Source: Sulfitobacter sp.
GTDB lineage: Bacteria > Pseudomonadota > Alphaproteobacteria > Rhodobacterales > Rhodobacteraceae
Reading direction: 5' to 3'
DNA: 64,000 nt
Assembly (NCBI GenBank): GCA_965660425.1
Contig: CBFHZX010000002.1
Span: forward strand, 66,942 to 130,941
A program made the translations under genes and the position numbers. The notes under the pieces are model-generated. The model was given only the letters and a program-made list of their open reading frames with translations, did not search any database and was not told where the DNA came from. This document shows, in pieces, positions 1 to 9,237 of the stretch; the first letter of the stretch is position 1; every line of letters begins with the position of its first letter.

Positions 1-676
1 TGGCTTCACTGCCTTGATAATCCAGCAGATCGTCCACAATCTGAAAGCAAATCCCCAGCGCGTCACCATAATCAAACAGCGCACTCACATGCTCTTCTGG
101 GGCATCAGCGATCACGCCGCCCACTTGGGTCGCGGCGGAGAAGAGTGCAGCCGTCTTGCCGCGCACCACTTGAAAGTAGATGCTCTCGTTGGTGGCAAGG
201 TTGCGTGCTGCGGTGAGTTGCAACACCTCACCTTCGGCAATCGTCGCAGCCGCATTCGACAGGATTTTCATCACCCGCATGGAGCCAGGTTCGGTCATCA
301 ACTGGAAACTGCGGGCGAACAGATAGTCACCTACCAGTACCGATGATTGGTTGTCCCACAACAGATTGGCAGTTGGCCGTCCGCGCCGCTGCGCGCTCTC
401 GTCTACCACATCATCATGGAGTAGGGTGGCCGTGTGGATGAACTCTACCGTGGTCGCCAGATGCACGTGATACGGGCCGTCGTAGCCACACAAGCGCGCT
501 GCGGCCAAGGTCAGCATGGGGCGCAACCGCTTGCCGCCCGCTTCCACCAGATGGGCTGTAACCTCTGGAATGCGCGGAGCATGCTCGGACGACATGCGCT
601 CACGGATGAGCACACCTACAGCATCCATATCCTCGCTCAGAGTAGCGCCAAGGCGCTCGTGTGGTTTCTGGCTCAT
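1..676 (-). CDS. ispB: Polyprenyl diphosphate synthase (octaprenyl/decaprenyl, IspB/DdsA family). The C-terminus lies beyond the left window edge.
   Basis: Translated by eye from ATG at 676-674: MSQKPHERLGATLSEDMDAV... Both Asp-rich prenyltransferase motifs are present (LLHDDVVDES, QIVDDLLDY). It is absent from the ORF track because there is no stop in the window. Confidence 0.9.
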   Translation of the reverse strand, partial: MSQKPHERLGATLSEDMDAVGVLIRERMSSEHAPRIPEVTAHLVEAGGKRLRPMLTLAAARLCGYDGPYHVHLATTVEFIHTATLLHDDVVDESAQRRGRPTANLLWDNQSSVLVGDYLFARSFQLMTEPGSMRVMKILSNAAATIAEGEVLQLTAARNLATNESIYFQVVRGKTAALFSAATQVGGVIADAPEEHVSALFDYGDALGICFQIVDDLLDYQGSEA

Positions 677-744
677 TCAGTGGCTCACTTTTTACGGCGT
701 CCCGACGCTCGACAATTGGGCGCACGGCAGATTAGATCACAGGT

Positions 745-960
745 ATGAAAGAACTTTTGCGCAGCACCGACCCCACGATCATCGCCTTTGCCTCAGCTCT
801 GTTGCAAGGCGAGGATATAGCTTGCTTCGCGATGGACGTAAATATGAGCATTCTCGAAGGTGGCATCGGTATTTTCCCGCGTAGATTGATGGTGCGGGAG
901 GATGATCACGATGCGGCGCTAAGGGTGATGCGCGACAACGAGATCGATCTGGGGTTTTGA
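745..960 (+). CDS. Small DUF2007-like protein (putative signal-transducing fold)
   Basis: 71-aa ORF MKELLRSTDPTIIAFASALL...FPRRLMVREDDHDAALRVM. It resembles the small DUF2007 proteins that commonly sit next to ispB in alphaproteobacteria. Called from memory. Confidence 0.55.
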   Translation: MKELLRSTDPTIIAFASALLQGEDIACFAMDVNMSILEGGIGIFPRRLMVREDDHDAALRVMRDNEIDLGF

Positions 961-1697
961 ACGAGGATGATCTCACCCGCGATGCCTTCCTTGGAGGGCG
1001 ACTGCATCTGTGGCAGCCGCGCACTGGATATCGCGCGGGCGTCGACCCTGTGCTGCTTTCAGCCACTATACCTGCGGTTTTGGGGCAACGCGTGCTGGAA
1101 TTGGGCTGTGGTGTGGGTGCCGCCATCCTGTGTCTGGCGGCACGTGTGCCAGCGCTCGAACTGACAGGAGTCGAGCGTGAGCCGACCTATGCTGACCTCG
1201 CAGAGCGCAATGGCGAAGGGGTGTTGGAAGTGGTTACCGCCGATATTGCAGCCCTCCCTTTGACGTTACGGCAGCGGCAATTTGACCATGTCCTTGCGAA
1301 CCCACCCTATTGGCGGCGAGACGCATCCGTGGCGACGAAGGACGCAGTGCGAGAGGTGGCATTGGGAGAGCAGACCCCCCTCGACGTGTGGATCACAACA
1401 GCAGCCAAACGTCTGGCGCCCAAAGGGCAGTTGCATGTCATTCACCGTGCCGAGCGGTTGCCCGATCTGATTGCCGCCTTGCCCGCCGACATGGGCAGCA
1501 TCGAAGTGCTTCCCATCGCAGCGCGTGAAGGCCGTGCGGCGGAGCGGATTATTCTGCGCGCGCGCAAGTCGGGACGGGCGGATTTTCGCCTATCTGCGCC
1601 GTTGATTCTGCATCGCGGCGCGGGGCATGTGGACGGGGATCAATACACCGATGAGGTGCGGAGCGCCCTACGCACAGGGGCAGCGCTCCCTTTTTGA
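957..1697 (+). CDS. SAM-dependent N6-adenine-type methyltransferase (TrmN6/YfiC-like)
   Basis: 246-aa ORF with a SAM-binding motif (VLELGCGVGAA) and an NPPY motif (LANPPYW). The start overlaps the upstream stop. Confidence 0.75.
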   Translation: MNEDDLTRDAFLGGRLHLWQPRTGYRAGVDPVLLSATIPAVLGQRVLELGCGVGAAILCLAARVPALELTGVEREPTYADLAERNGEGVLEVVTADIAALPLTLRQRQFDHVLANPPYWRRDASVATKDAVREVALGEQTPLDVWITTAAKRLAPKGQLHVIHRAERLPDLIAALPADMGSIEVLPIAAREGRAAERIILRARKSGRADFRLSAPLILHRGAGHVDGDQYTDEVRSALRTGAALPF

Positions 1698-1806
1698 GCA
1701 GCGTTTAGACATTCTTTACCACTTCTGGCGCTATGCTGCACAGCGGCGTGACTTGGGAATCTGATCGTGGTTCACTGTACTCACACTTTTAACAACTGGA
1801 GGAAGT

Positions 1807-1971
1807 ATGTCCCTTAATGCACATCTTGAGACGTTGAAAAAGAAACATCACGACATGAGCGAAGCGATTGAGCAGGCCCAGCGTGCGCCTGGCATCGACG
1901 GCTTGAAAGTCGCCGATATGAAGAAACAAAAGATGCGCCTTAAAGAAGAAATTACCCGATTGTCGGACTAG
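1807..1971 (+). CDS. DUF465 (YdcH-like) small coiled-coil protein
   Basis: 54-aa ORF read by eye, below the track cutoff: MSLNAHLETLKKKHHDMSEAIEQAQRAPGIDGLKVADMKKQKMRLKEEITRLSD. GGAAG lies upstream of the ATG. Confidence 0.6.
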   Translation: MSLNAHLETLKKKHHDMSEAIEQAQRAPGIDGLKVADMKKQKMRLKEEITRLSD

Positions 1972-2838
1972 CTATTTCTTGGACATGCTGGCGCGCGCGG
2001 CAATAATTGCGCCGCCAGTGATCAAAAGTGCCGCCCACAGCAGTGTCATGCTGGGGGAGGCAATTCCCACGACGATCAGAGCAAGCGTAGACAGCAGCGG
2101 TGCAGCATAGGAGCTGGTACCGAGCAATTGAATGTCTCCCCGTTTGCAGCCGATATCCCACACATAGAACGCGAACCCGACTGGCCCTAGGCCTAACCCC
2201 GCAATGCTGGCCCATCCGAGTGCCGTTGCGGGCAAGGTGGTCTGTTCAAACATGAAATGTAGCGGCAGGGAAAGGAGCGCGGTAGCAAGACAGAAGACTG
2301 CCACGCTCGCTGTTGGCGCATCGCCGACGACGCGCGAGAGCACGGAATACCCTGCCCATGTAAAGGCTGCTGCCAGCGCCAGAAGATAGCCCGTCAGATG
2401 CTCTGCACTTAATCCGACGCCGCCTTCTGTGATAATGATGGCGGCGCCCGCAAAGCCAAACAGTGCACCGATAACATGCCCTGCGCGCAACCGCTCTGAC
2501 GGGAGCAGGCCTGAAAAGACTACGATGAGCAGAGGCCATAAGTAGGCGATCAGCCCTGCTTGGGCGGCTGGGGCCGCACGCAGCGCGGAAAAGTAAAGCA
2601 GATGATAGGCAAAGAGGCCTAATGCCCCAAAGACATAGACCCGAAGGGGCACCCGCCGCATAGCGCCGAAGCTCCCTGTCAGCCACGCCCAGACCAAGCC
2701 CGCAATGCCGCCGATGCCGAAGCTGAGCGTGTTGAGTAACAGTGGAGGCGTTGGGGCGGACCCGACTGTGAACAGCGCCAACAGTGCCCACAAAAGCACA
2801 GCGACAAATCCTGTAGCGGTGGCGCTCATACGGGTCAT
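1972..2838 (-). CDS. DMT superfamily (EamA-type) transporter
   Basis: 288-aa ORF, highly hydrophobic with about 10 TM segments and duplicated EamA-like halves. ATGA overlap with the upstream LysR gene. Confidence 0.8.
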   Translation of the reverse strand: MTRMSATATGFVAVLLWALLALFTVGSAPTPPLLLNTLSFGIGGIAGLVWAWLTGSFGAMRRVPLRVYVFGALGLFAYHLLYFSALRAAPAAQAGLIAYLWPLLIVVFSGLLPSERLRAGHVIGALFGFAGAAIIITEGGVGLSAEHLTGYLLALAAAFTWAGYSVLSRVVGDAPTASVAVFCLATALLSLPLHFMFEQTTLPATALGWASIAGLGLGPVGFAFYVWDIGCKRGDIQLLGTSSYAAPLLSTLALIVVGIASPSMTLLWAALLITGGAIIAARASMSKK

Positions 2839-3773
2839 GCTGCTGCAAGGTCCAAGATGGTGAGGCTGTCGGTGATGTGGGCGGTCTTCTCGATCTCTGT
2901 CAGGATCCAGTCACGGAAGGTTGCGATTTGGGGGCGGTTCTCCATCCCTTTAAGGCATAGAAAACTGAATCGCGCACCCGTTGCAAGTGCAGTGGGGAAG
3001 GGGGCGACCAGACGCCCCTCTGCGATATCTTTCACCACAAGCGCACGGCGGCCCATAACAATTCCGACACCTGCAAGGGCCACATCAAGCGCATGGTCGG
3101 CTTGGGATAACCGGGGGCCTGATGTGGATGTGAAGGATTTGCCCATAGCGGTGAACCAATCGCTCCATTTAATCGGCACTTGGAGAAAATTCACCGAGTC
3201 GTCGAAAATGATGGGCGCAGTCTTGAGGCTTTCAACGGTAGTATATTGCGCTGCCAGTGCAGGGGTCATCACAGGCATGACCCATTCTTCGGCCAGCGGC
3301 AGGGCATAAAGCTCAGGTGTTTCGCGGTTTCCAAATCTGATCGCCACATCCACATTATCGCGCATCAAATCCATACGTTGCAGCGAGGCCGCAAAACGCA
3401 ATTCGATCTCGGGGTGCGATTGGGCAAACTCATAGAGACGTGGCGCCAGCCATTTCGCGGTAAAGGCAGGGCCAGCTGTCACAGTGAGCGTCTGCGTATC
3501 TTGCGTGCGCTGGGCGGCGCGCCATGCGGTGGCCAATGTCTGAAACCCCTCTGCCGCACCGCGCGATAGGGCTGTGCCTGCCTTGGTGAGTTCGACCGCG
3601 CGGTTGAGGCGGCGAAACAGTGGCGCGCCCAAATGCTCTTCAAGAGATTTGATCTGGAACGACAGTGCAGCAGGGGTGACGTTCAGCTCGGCCGCCGCTT
3701 GGGCGAACGACAGATGACGCGCAGCGGCGTCAAAGGCACGTAATGCGGTGAGAGGAGGGAGGCGGTTGGACAT
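2835..3773 (-). CDS. LysR-family transcriptional regulator (GcvA-like)
   Basis: 312-aa ORF. N-terminal HTH (LPPLTALRAFDAAARHLSFAQAAAELNVTPAALSFQIKSLEEHLG) plus a LysR substrate-binding domain. Confidence 0.9.
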   Translation of the reverse strand: MSNRLPPLTALRAFDAAARHLSFAQAAAELNVTPAALSFQIKSLEEHLGAPLFRRLNRAVELTKAGTALSRGAAEGFQTLATAWRAAQRTQDTQTLTVTAGPAFTAKWLAPRLYEFAQSHPEIELRFAASLQRMDLMRDNVDVAIRFGNRETPELYALPLAEEWVMPVMTPALAAQYTTVESLKTAPIIFDDSVNFLQVPIKWSDWFTAMGKSFTSTSGPRLSQADHALDVALAGVGIVMGRRALVVKDIAEGRLVAPFPTALATGARFSFLCLKGMENRPQIATFRDWILTEIEKTAHITDSLTILDLAAA

Positions 3774-3774
3774 C

Positions 3775-3799
3775 CTCAGTTACGTACAGCTTAACTGAG
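3775..3799. promoter_or_regulatory. Perfect 8-bp inverted repeat (CTCAGTTA-N9-TAACTGAG) containing T-N11-A. Candidate LysR operator.
   Basis: Read directly from the sequence. It lies immediately upstream of the LysR start, in the divergent intergenic region. Confidence 0.4.
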
Positions 3800-3897
3800 A
3801 GGTTGGAAAGTCTCGTTTGTAAGAATTGTTTGCGAGGGACATATTGGGATCAAGAAAGACACATTGATCCAAACCGGATCGCATAAGGAGACTTGAA

Positions 3898-4014
3898 ATG
3901 TTCGAAGCAACAACAAACCCTGCCGCTCGTACCGCCATGGACAATGCTCACGCTGCACGCGGTCAGATGATGACGGACTTCTTCTCATGGCTGCGCGCAC
4001 CGCGCACGCGCTAA
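3898..4014 (+). CDS. Hypothetical 38-aa protein, divergent from the LysR gene
   Basis: ATG preceded by AAGGAG with 7-nt spacing: MFEATTNPAARTAMDNAHAARGQMMTDFFSWLRAPRTR. Followed by a strong hairpin. No family recognised. Confidence 0.35.
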   Translation: MFEATTNPAARTAMDNAHAARGQMMTDFFSWLRAPRTR

Positions 4015-4057
4015 GGTTTTCCGCTGGTGGTGTGCACGGCACCTTACGGAATGAAAC

Positions 4058-4085
4058 GGGGCTGGCAGAGTGATCTGCCAGCCCC
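4058..4085. terminator. 12-bp perfect-stem hairpin between convergent genes (bidirectional terminator candidate)
   Basis: GGGGCTGGCAGA-gtga-TCTGCCAGCCCC. T-rich only on the minus-strand side (GTTTCATT), so it serves phbB better. Confidence 0.55.
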
Positions 4086-4119
4086 GCATTGCTCCTCAAC
4101 CCCTATGGGGTGTCATCGC

Positions 4120-4842
4120 TTAGACAAAGAACTGTGCACCATTGGCCGAGATGGTGGAGCCGTTGATAAAGCCTGCATCGTCGGAGACGAGGAAGGAGAC
4201 GGCGCGTGCAATCTCTTCTGGCTCACCCAAACGGCCGGCTGGAATTTGTGCGATAATGCTTTCACGCACTTTCTCGGGCACGGCCATAACCATATCCGTG
4301 CCGATATAGCCGGGGCAGATCGCATTGGCGGTGATGTTTGCGCGTGCGCCTTCTTGGGCCAGTGATTTCACGATGCCCAAATCGCCCGCCTTGGTTGCGG
4401 CATAGTTCACTTGGGCGAACTGGCCTTTTTGACCATTGATCGAGGAGATAACCACGATGCGGCCAAACTTGCGCTCGCGCATGCCAGGCCAGACGGGGTG
4501 GATGGTATTGAACACGCCCGTGAGGTTAGTGTCGATGACTTCCTTCCACTGGTCGGGGGTCATTTTGTGGAAGGGTGCGTCACGGGTGATGCCAGCATTG
4601 GCGACAACAACTTCAACGGGTCCGAGATCAGCCTCGACCTGTGCGATGCCAGCCTTTGAGCTGTCATAATCCGCGACATTCCATTTGTAGGTTTTGATGC
4701 CTGTCTCCGCCGTGAAAGCGGCGGCGGCCTCGTCGTTGCCCGCGTAGGTCGCAGCGACAGTATAGCCTTTTTCTTTAAGCTCTTTTGAAATGGCAGCGCC
4801 GATCCCGCGGCTGCCTCCGGTAACAAGTGCGACACGCGACAT
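4120..4842 (-). CDS. phbB: Acetoacetyl-CoA reductase (SDR family)
   Basis: Track ORF trimmed to MSRVALVTGGSRGIG (ATG 4842, GGGAGAA upstream). SDR TGxxxGIG motif and a YxxxK-type core. Adjacent to the thiolase gene. Confidence 0.9.
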   Translation of the reverse strand: MSRVALVTGGSRGIGAAISKELKEKGYTVAATYAGNDEAAAAFTAETGIKTYKWNVADYDSSKAGIAQVEADLGPVEVVVANAGITRDAPFHKMTPDQWKEVIDTNLTGVFNTIHPVWPGMRERKFGRIVVISSINGQKGQFAQVNYAATKAGDLGIVKSLAQEGARANITANAICPGYIGTDMVMAVPEKVRESIIAQIPAGRLGEPEEIARAVSFLVSDDAGFINGSTISANGAQFFV

Positions 4843-4914
4843 ATGATTCTCCCAAAGTAATGTTCTTGCTGTGATAGCGTCAGGCGCGCAACTATCTTGC
4901 GCGCCCAATTCTAC

Positions 4915-6090
4915 TTAAGGCCGTTCGAGGCACATGGCAACACCCATGCCGCCGCCAATGCACAAAGTTGCCAGACCTTTTTTGGCATCACGGCGCTTCA
5001 TCTCGAACAGCAATGTGTTGAGGATGCGTGCGCCTGAGGCGCCGATGGGGTGACCAATGGCAATCGCGCCACCATTCACGTTTACGACCGCAGGGTCCCA
5101 GCCCATTTCCTTGTTCACAGCACAGGCTTGCGCGGCAAAGGCTTCGTTCGCTTCTACCAGATCGAGGTCTTCGGCGTTCCAGCCCGCTTTTTCCAGCGCC
5201 TTGCGGGAAGCATGGATCGGCCCCACGCCCATGATAGAGGGATCAAGCCCTGCTGTGGCGTAAGAGGCGATGCGCGCAAGTGGTTCAATCCCCCGCTTTT
5301 CCGCGTTCTCGGCACTCATCAACAGGGCACCTGCCGCACCATCGTTGAGGCCCGAAGCATTGGCGGCGGTGACGGAGCCGTCTTTAGTGAACGCGGGGCG
5401 CATCTTGGACATCGCGTCGATGTTGGCGCCGTGACGGATGTATTCGTCTGCGTCGACAATCTTGTCACCCTTGCGACCTGGAACGGTGTAGGCGAAAATC
5501 TCGTCCGCGAAACGGCCCTCTTTCTGGGCGGCTTCGGCCTTGTTCTGCGAAGCGACGGCGAATTCATCCTGCTGATCGCGGGTGATCTGGAATTTCTCGG
5601 CGACGTTTTCGGCGGTCTGGCCCATGTGGTAGCCGTTGAAGGCATCCCACAAACCGTCCTTGATCATGGTGTCGATGAGCTTCATATCGCCCATCTTCTG
5701 ACTTGCGCGCATGGCTTGGGCGTGGGGCGACATGGTCATGTTTTCCTGACCGCCTGCGGCCACGATATCGGCATCACCCAACTGGATGTGCTGGGCGGCA
5801 AGGGCGACGGCGCGCAAGCCGGAGCCGCACACCTGATTGATGGACCATGCGGAGGATTCGATGGGAAGACCTGCATTCACATGCGCCTGACGGGCGGGGT
5901 TCTGACCCTGTGCCGCTGTGAGAACCTGACCAAGAATTGTCTCGGATACATCGGATGGATCAACGCCAGCGCGGGCGACAATCTCCTTGAGCATTGCAGC
6001 GCCCAAATCATGGGCAGGGGTGTTGGCAAACGAGCCACCAAAGCTGCCAACAGCAGTTCGGGCGGCGGAGGCAATAACAACATTGGTCAT
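4915..6090 (-). CDS. phbA: Acetyl-CoA acetyltransferase (thiolase II)
   Basis: Track ORF trimmed to [19 protein letters not shown] (ATG 6090). Thiolase signatures are present ([41 protein letters not shown]). Confidence 0.92.
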   Translation of the reverse strand: MTNVVIASAARTAVGSFGGSFANTPAHDLGAAMLKEIVARAGVDPSDVSETILGQVLTAAQGQNPARQAHVNAGLPIESSAWSINQVCGSGLRAVALAAQHIQLGDADIVAAGGQENMTMSPHAQAMRASQKMGDMKLIDTMIKDGLWDAFNGYHMGQTAENVAEKFQITRDQQDEFAVASQNKAEAAQKEGRFADEIFAYTVPGRKGDKIVDADEYIRHGANIDAMSKMRPAFTKDGSVTAANASGLNDGAAGALLMSAENAEKRGIEPLARIASYATAGLDPSIMGVGPIHASRKALEKAGWNAEDLDLVEANEAFAAQACAVNKEMGWDPAVVNVNGGAIAIGHPIGASGARILNTLLFEMKRRDAKKGLATLCIGGGMGVAMCLERP

Positions 6091-6228
6091 AGAAAGCGGT
6101 CCTCTTGGAGTGATTCGTAGCAGAGGATCGCACAGACATAACGCTTGGAATTGCGCCGATCTGCCCCCCACTTTGTCTCTCCGAGATACCGCATGGGGCG
6201 CGGTACGGCAAGAACACCCAAAAGGGCG

Positions 6229-7077
6229 CTATGCTTGGGCTTGTTTGCGCTCTTCTCCTGAAAAAAGACAGTCGGGCCGCGTTGTTGGGGCAGCGAAGTA
6301 ATATCTCTGAAGGCAATTGGTTCCAATCTGCACCGCCAGGTGCGCATCTTCATAGGTCTCAACGGATTCCGCGACGGTGAGCATGTCGAACTCTTTCGCA
6401 ATTGCGCAAAGCACGCGCGTGATTGCCAGATTGTCGGCGTTTTTCGACAGTCCGCGAATGAATTGGCCCGACAGTTTCAGGATGTCGAAATCAAAGTCCT
6501 TGAAGTGCCGGATTGCCATATTGCCAGCGCCAAAGTTGTCCATTGCAAAACAGATGCCTTTGGGCTGCAGCCGCTGCATGAAATCGATAACAAGTTCGGG
6601 TACCATCATGGCAGAGCTTTCCGTGATCTCAAGAATGAGTCGCTCCCCCAGATACGGGCTTTCGTTCAGGAACCAGTTGAGGCAATTCATCCATGGCCAA
6701 TAACCGATAGAGCGCGCTGACATGTTTATAGAAAGGCGCAGTCGCGGATTGTCCTTAAGTGCTTTCAACCCGTGGCGCAGCGCCAATACATCAATTTCGC
6801 GGCCTGTTTCGGTATCTTCAATCTTTGCCATGAACTCGCCTGCGGGAATTACCCTGCCGGTGGGGTCCAAAACGCGGATCAGCCCTTCCTAGAAGTCAAC
6901 TTGGCTCGGCAGGTCACTGCGCATGATGGGCTGATACGCCAGCAGCGTCTGGTTGTGCGCGATAGCCTCTTGCACCATTTCCAAGGTACTGCTTGCCTGT
7001 TTCGCCACGGCAAAATTCAATGGGCTTAGCTCCCCGGAAGGGAGGCCAATAGGCTTGCGTTTTGGTCTGATTTTCAT
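6229..7077 (-). pseudogene. Stand-alone EAL-domain (c-di-GMP phosphodiesterase family) gene interrupted by an in-frame TAG at 6889-6891
   Basis: Track ORFs 6889..7077 and 6229..6870 are in the same frame. Together they read ...LLAYQPIMRSDLPSQVDF*EGLIRVLDPTGRVIPAGEFM..., a continuous EAL domain (QPI...E[AG]LxR...EITE...DNFG...AESVE). Confidence 0.8.
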
Positions 7078-7201
7078 GAGGGCCGTCCTTTAGTCATCGC
7101 TGGGACTCGTCTTCGCCTTTCTGTGATTGCACGCGATCCTCTAAAATCGTGTTAAAGATAAAGTTTTGTGCCATTTGTAGCCAACCAAAGAGGATCAAGT
7201 G

Positions 7202-7771
7202 ATGACACGGTGTGACTGGGCAGGACCCGAGCAGATTTATCTGGACTACCACGACACTGAATGGGGCGTGCCAGAGTATGACAGCCGCGCGCTCTGGGAA
7301 AAGCTGATCCTCGACGGTTTTCAGGCGGGGCTAAGCTGGATCACGATCCTGAAAAAGCGAGATGCTTTTCGTGAAGCGTTCGAGGGGTTCGATCCGTACG
7401 TGATTGCAGGGTGGGGCGAGGATGACGTGCAACGGCTGCTGGGCAACGCTGGCATCATCCGCCACTGCGGCAAGATCGAGGCGACGATCACCAACGCGCA
7501 GGCATGGCTGCGGATGGAAGAGCGGGGCGGGTTCGATCGGTTCATGTGGGACTATGTCGGCGGCGCGCCCTTGCAGAACCGTTTCGAGACCCAAGCCGAC
7601 GTCCCGCCCAAGACGGAGTTATCAGAGAGGGTGAGCAAAGACCTAAAGAAAGCAGGGGTCAAATTCTGCGGCCCCACAATTGTCTATGCGTGGATGGAAG
7701 CGTGCGGGCTGGTGAATGATCATCTGGTAGGGTGTCCGAGGCACGCGGTTTGTGCGGGGATGGGGAGGTGA
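7202..7771 (+). CDS. tag: DNA-3-methyladenine glycosylase I
   Basis: MTRCDWAG...YHDTEWGVP...GLSWITILKKR are typical Tag motifs. AGAGGA lies upstream of ATG 7202; the track begins at GTG 7199. Confidence 0.9.
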   Translation: MTRCDWAGPEQIYLDYHDTEWGVPEYDSRALWEKLILDGFQAGLSWITILKKRDAFREAFEGFDPYVIAGWGEDDVQRLLGNAGIIRHCGKIEATITNAQAWLRMEERGGFDRFMWDYVGGAPLQNRFETQADVPPKTELSERVSKDLKKAGVKFCGPTIVYAWMEACGLVNDHLVGCPRHAVCAGMGR

Positions 7772-7804
7772 CGCAAGGACTCGCCCGCTGGACTGGCAAG
7801 ATGT

Positions 7805-8281
7805 ATGCCGCAATATGCGCCGATAAAACGGAGAACGGCTGTGGCGACTGTTACCATTGTTAATGAGTATAACGTGCCAGCGCGGCAGCTTTGGGCCATT
7901 GTGACCGACTATCAGGCGCTTGGCGATATTATGCAGGGGCTGGCATCGTTTAAGGGTTTGCCGCAAGGTAGAACGCGCACAGGCCAGCGAATGGAAGTCA
8001 TGGCTTCGCTGTTTGGTAAATTGCCAAAACAGCCTTATTTCATGGAAGTTGTCGAATGTGACGATACCCGCATGATCCTGCGCTTCGCTGAGCGCGGAGC
8101 AGGGGTCAAGAGCTGGCTCCACACGCTGACGGTTACCGAGATCGCAACAGGGAGCCGTTTGACAGACACGATCGAAATAGATGCAGGCTTGCTCACGCCT
8201 ATGTTCGCCCTCTGGGCGCGGTATGTGTACAGTGCACGCCATAAACCCCGTCTTAGGCTTCTTCAAAACAGACAGACTTGA
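7805..8281 (+). CDS. SRPBCC (START/polyketide-cyclase-like) family protein
   Basis: 158-aa ORF. The call rests on overall pattern only (V..EY.VPA..LWAIVTDY..L..IM). Confidence 0.5.
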   Translation: MPQYAPIKRRTAVATVTIVNEYNVPARQLWAIVTDYQALGDIMQGLASFKGLPQGRTRTGQRMEVMASLFGKLPKQPYFMEVVECDDTRMILRFAERGAGVKSWLHTLTVTEIATGSRLTDTIEIDAGLLTPMFALWARYVYSARHKPRLRLLQNRQT

Positions 8282-8456
8282 AGTGGGAAGATTTGATTTG
8301 CCATTGTGTGGTCTGTCCCATTGACTCCCTGTCGCAATCCCCGGTAGACCCTCCCGAGTTGGTGTTGGTGAGCCCCGCAAGGGGGCCTCTGTCGGCGTGA
8401 AAACGCAAAGGACAACGCCCTTAACCGCCCCTTGGGGCCTGATAAGGAGAACAGCC

Positions 8457-9077
8457 GTGACAAAACGCACCGCTGCCAAGCATAAAATTGACCGCCGCAT
8501 GGGCGAAAACATCTGGGGCCGTCCAAAGTCACCAGTGAACCGCCGCGAATACGGCCCCGGCCAGCACGGCCAGCGCCGTAAGGGCAAGATTTCCGACTTC
8601 GGTATCCAGCTGCGCGCCAAGCAGAAGCTCAAGGGCTACTACGGCGACCTGACCGAAAAGCAGTTCCGCCGCATCTACGGTGAAGCCGAGCGTGTAAAAG
8701 GCGATACAGGTGAGAACCTGATCGGTCTGCTCGAGCGCCGCCTCGACGCGGTTGTATACCGTGCCAAGTTTGTCTCCACTGTGTTCGCTGCGCGTCAGTT
8801 CGTGAACCACCGCCACGTGCGCGTGAACGGCAAGCTGGTGAATATCCCCTCCTACCGTGTGAAAGAGGGTGATGTAATCGAGGTCCGTGACCGCTCCAAG
8901 CAGATGTTAGCATTGATCGAGGCCACTCAGCTGCCCGAGCGTGACGTGCCAGACTACATCGAAGTAGACCACTCCAAAATGACAGCGACCTTCACGCGCA
9001 CACCCACGCTGGGCGATGTGCCGTATCCAGTTGTCATGGAGCCGAACCTCGTCGTGGAATTCTACGCGAAGAACTAA
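8457..9077 (+). CDS. rpsD: 30S ribosomal protein S4
   Basis: GTG start with AAGGAGA 6 nt upstream: (M)[43 protein letters not shown]... 206 aa. Confidence 0.95.
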   Translation: MTKRTAAKHKIDRRMGENIWGRPKSPVNRREYGPGQHGQRRKGKISDFGIQLRAKQKLKGYYGDLTEKQFRRIYGEAERVKGDTGENLIGLLERRLDAVVYRAKFVSTVFAARQFVNHRHVRVNGKLVNIPSYRVKEGDVIEVRDRSKQMLALIEATQLPERDVPDYIEVDHSKMTATFTRTPTLGDVPYPVVMEPNLVVEFYAKN

Positions 9078-9112
9078 TCTTCGCCTCTCCACCGACAACA
9101 GTTTTCGATGCG

Positions 9113-9145
9113 CCCTGCCAGACCTCTGGCGGGGTGTTTTCGTTT
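9113..9145 (+). terminator. Rho-independent terminator of rpsD
   Basis: CCCTGCCAG-acct-CTGGCGGGG (9 bp, one G-U pair) followed by TGTTTTCGTTT. Confidence 0.6.
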
Positions 9146-9237
9146 CCAGCCCTCGCCATAAGCGGACAGATGCGCGCGGTCCCAATTTCGCGGGTGGCTG
9201 TAGCGCGGATCAAGCGTTAGAAGACCCTGAACAACCG

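Noticed and set aside
5050-6120. Long ORFs antisense to, or overlapping, real genes. Examples: 5050-6120 opposite phbA, 17459-18703 opposite clpA, 23024-24442 opposite atpA, 45461-46948 opposite groEL, 7643-8632, 15016-15900, 63028-63549.
   Set aside because: They lie opposite unmistakable conserved genes. Their Arg/Pro/Gly/His-rich composition is typical of off-frame translation in GC-rich DNA. They have no ribosome-binding sites or recognisable motifs.
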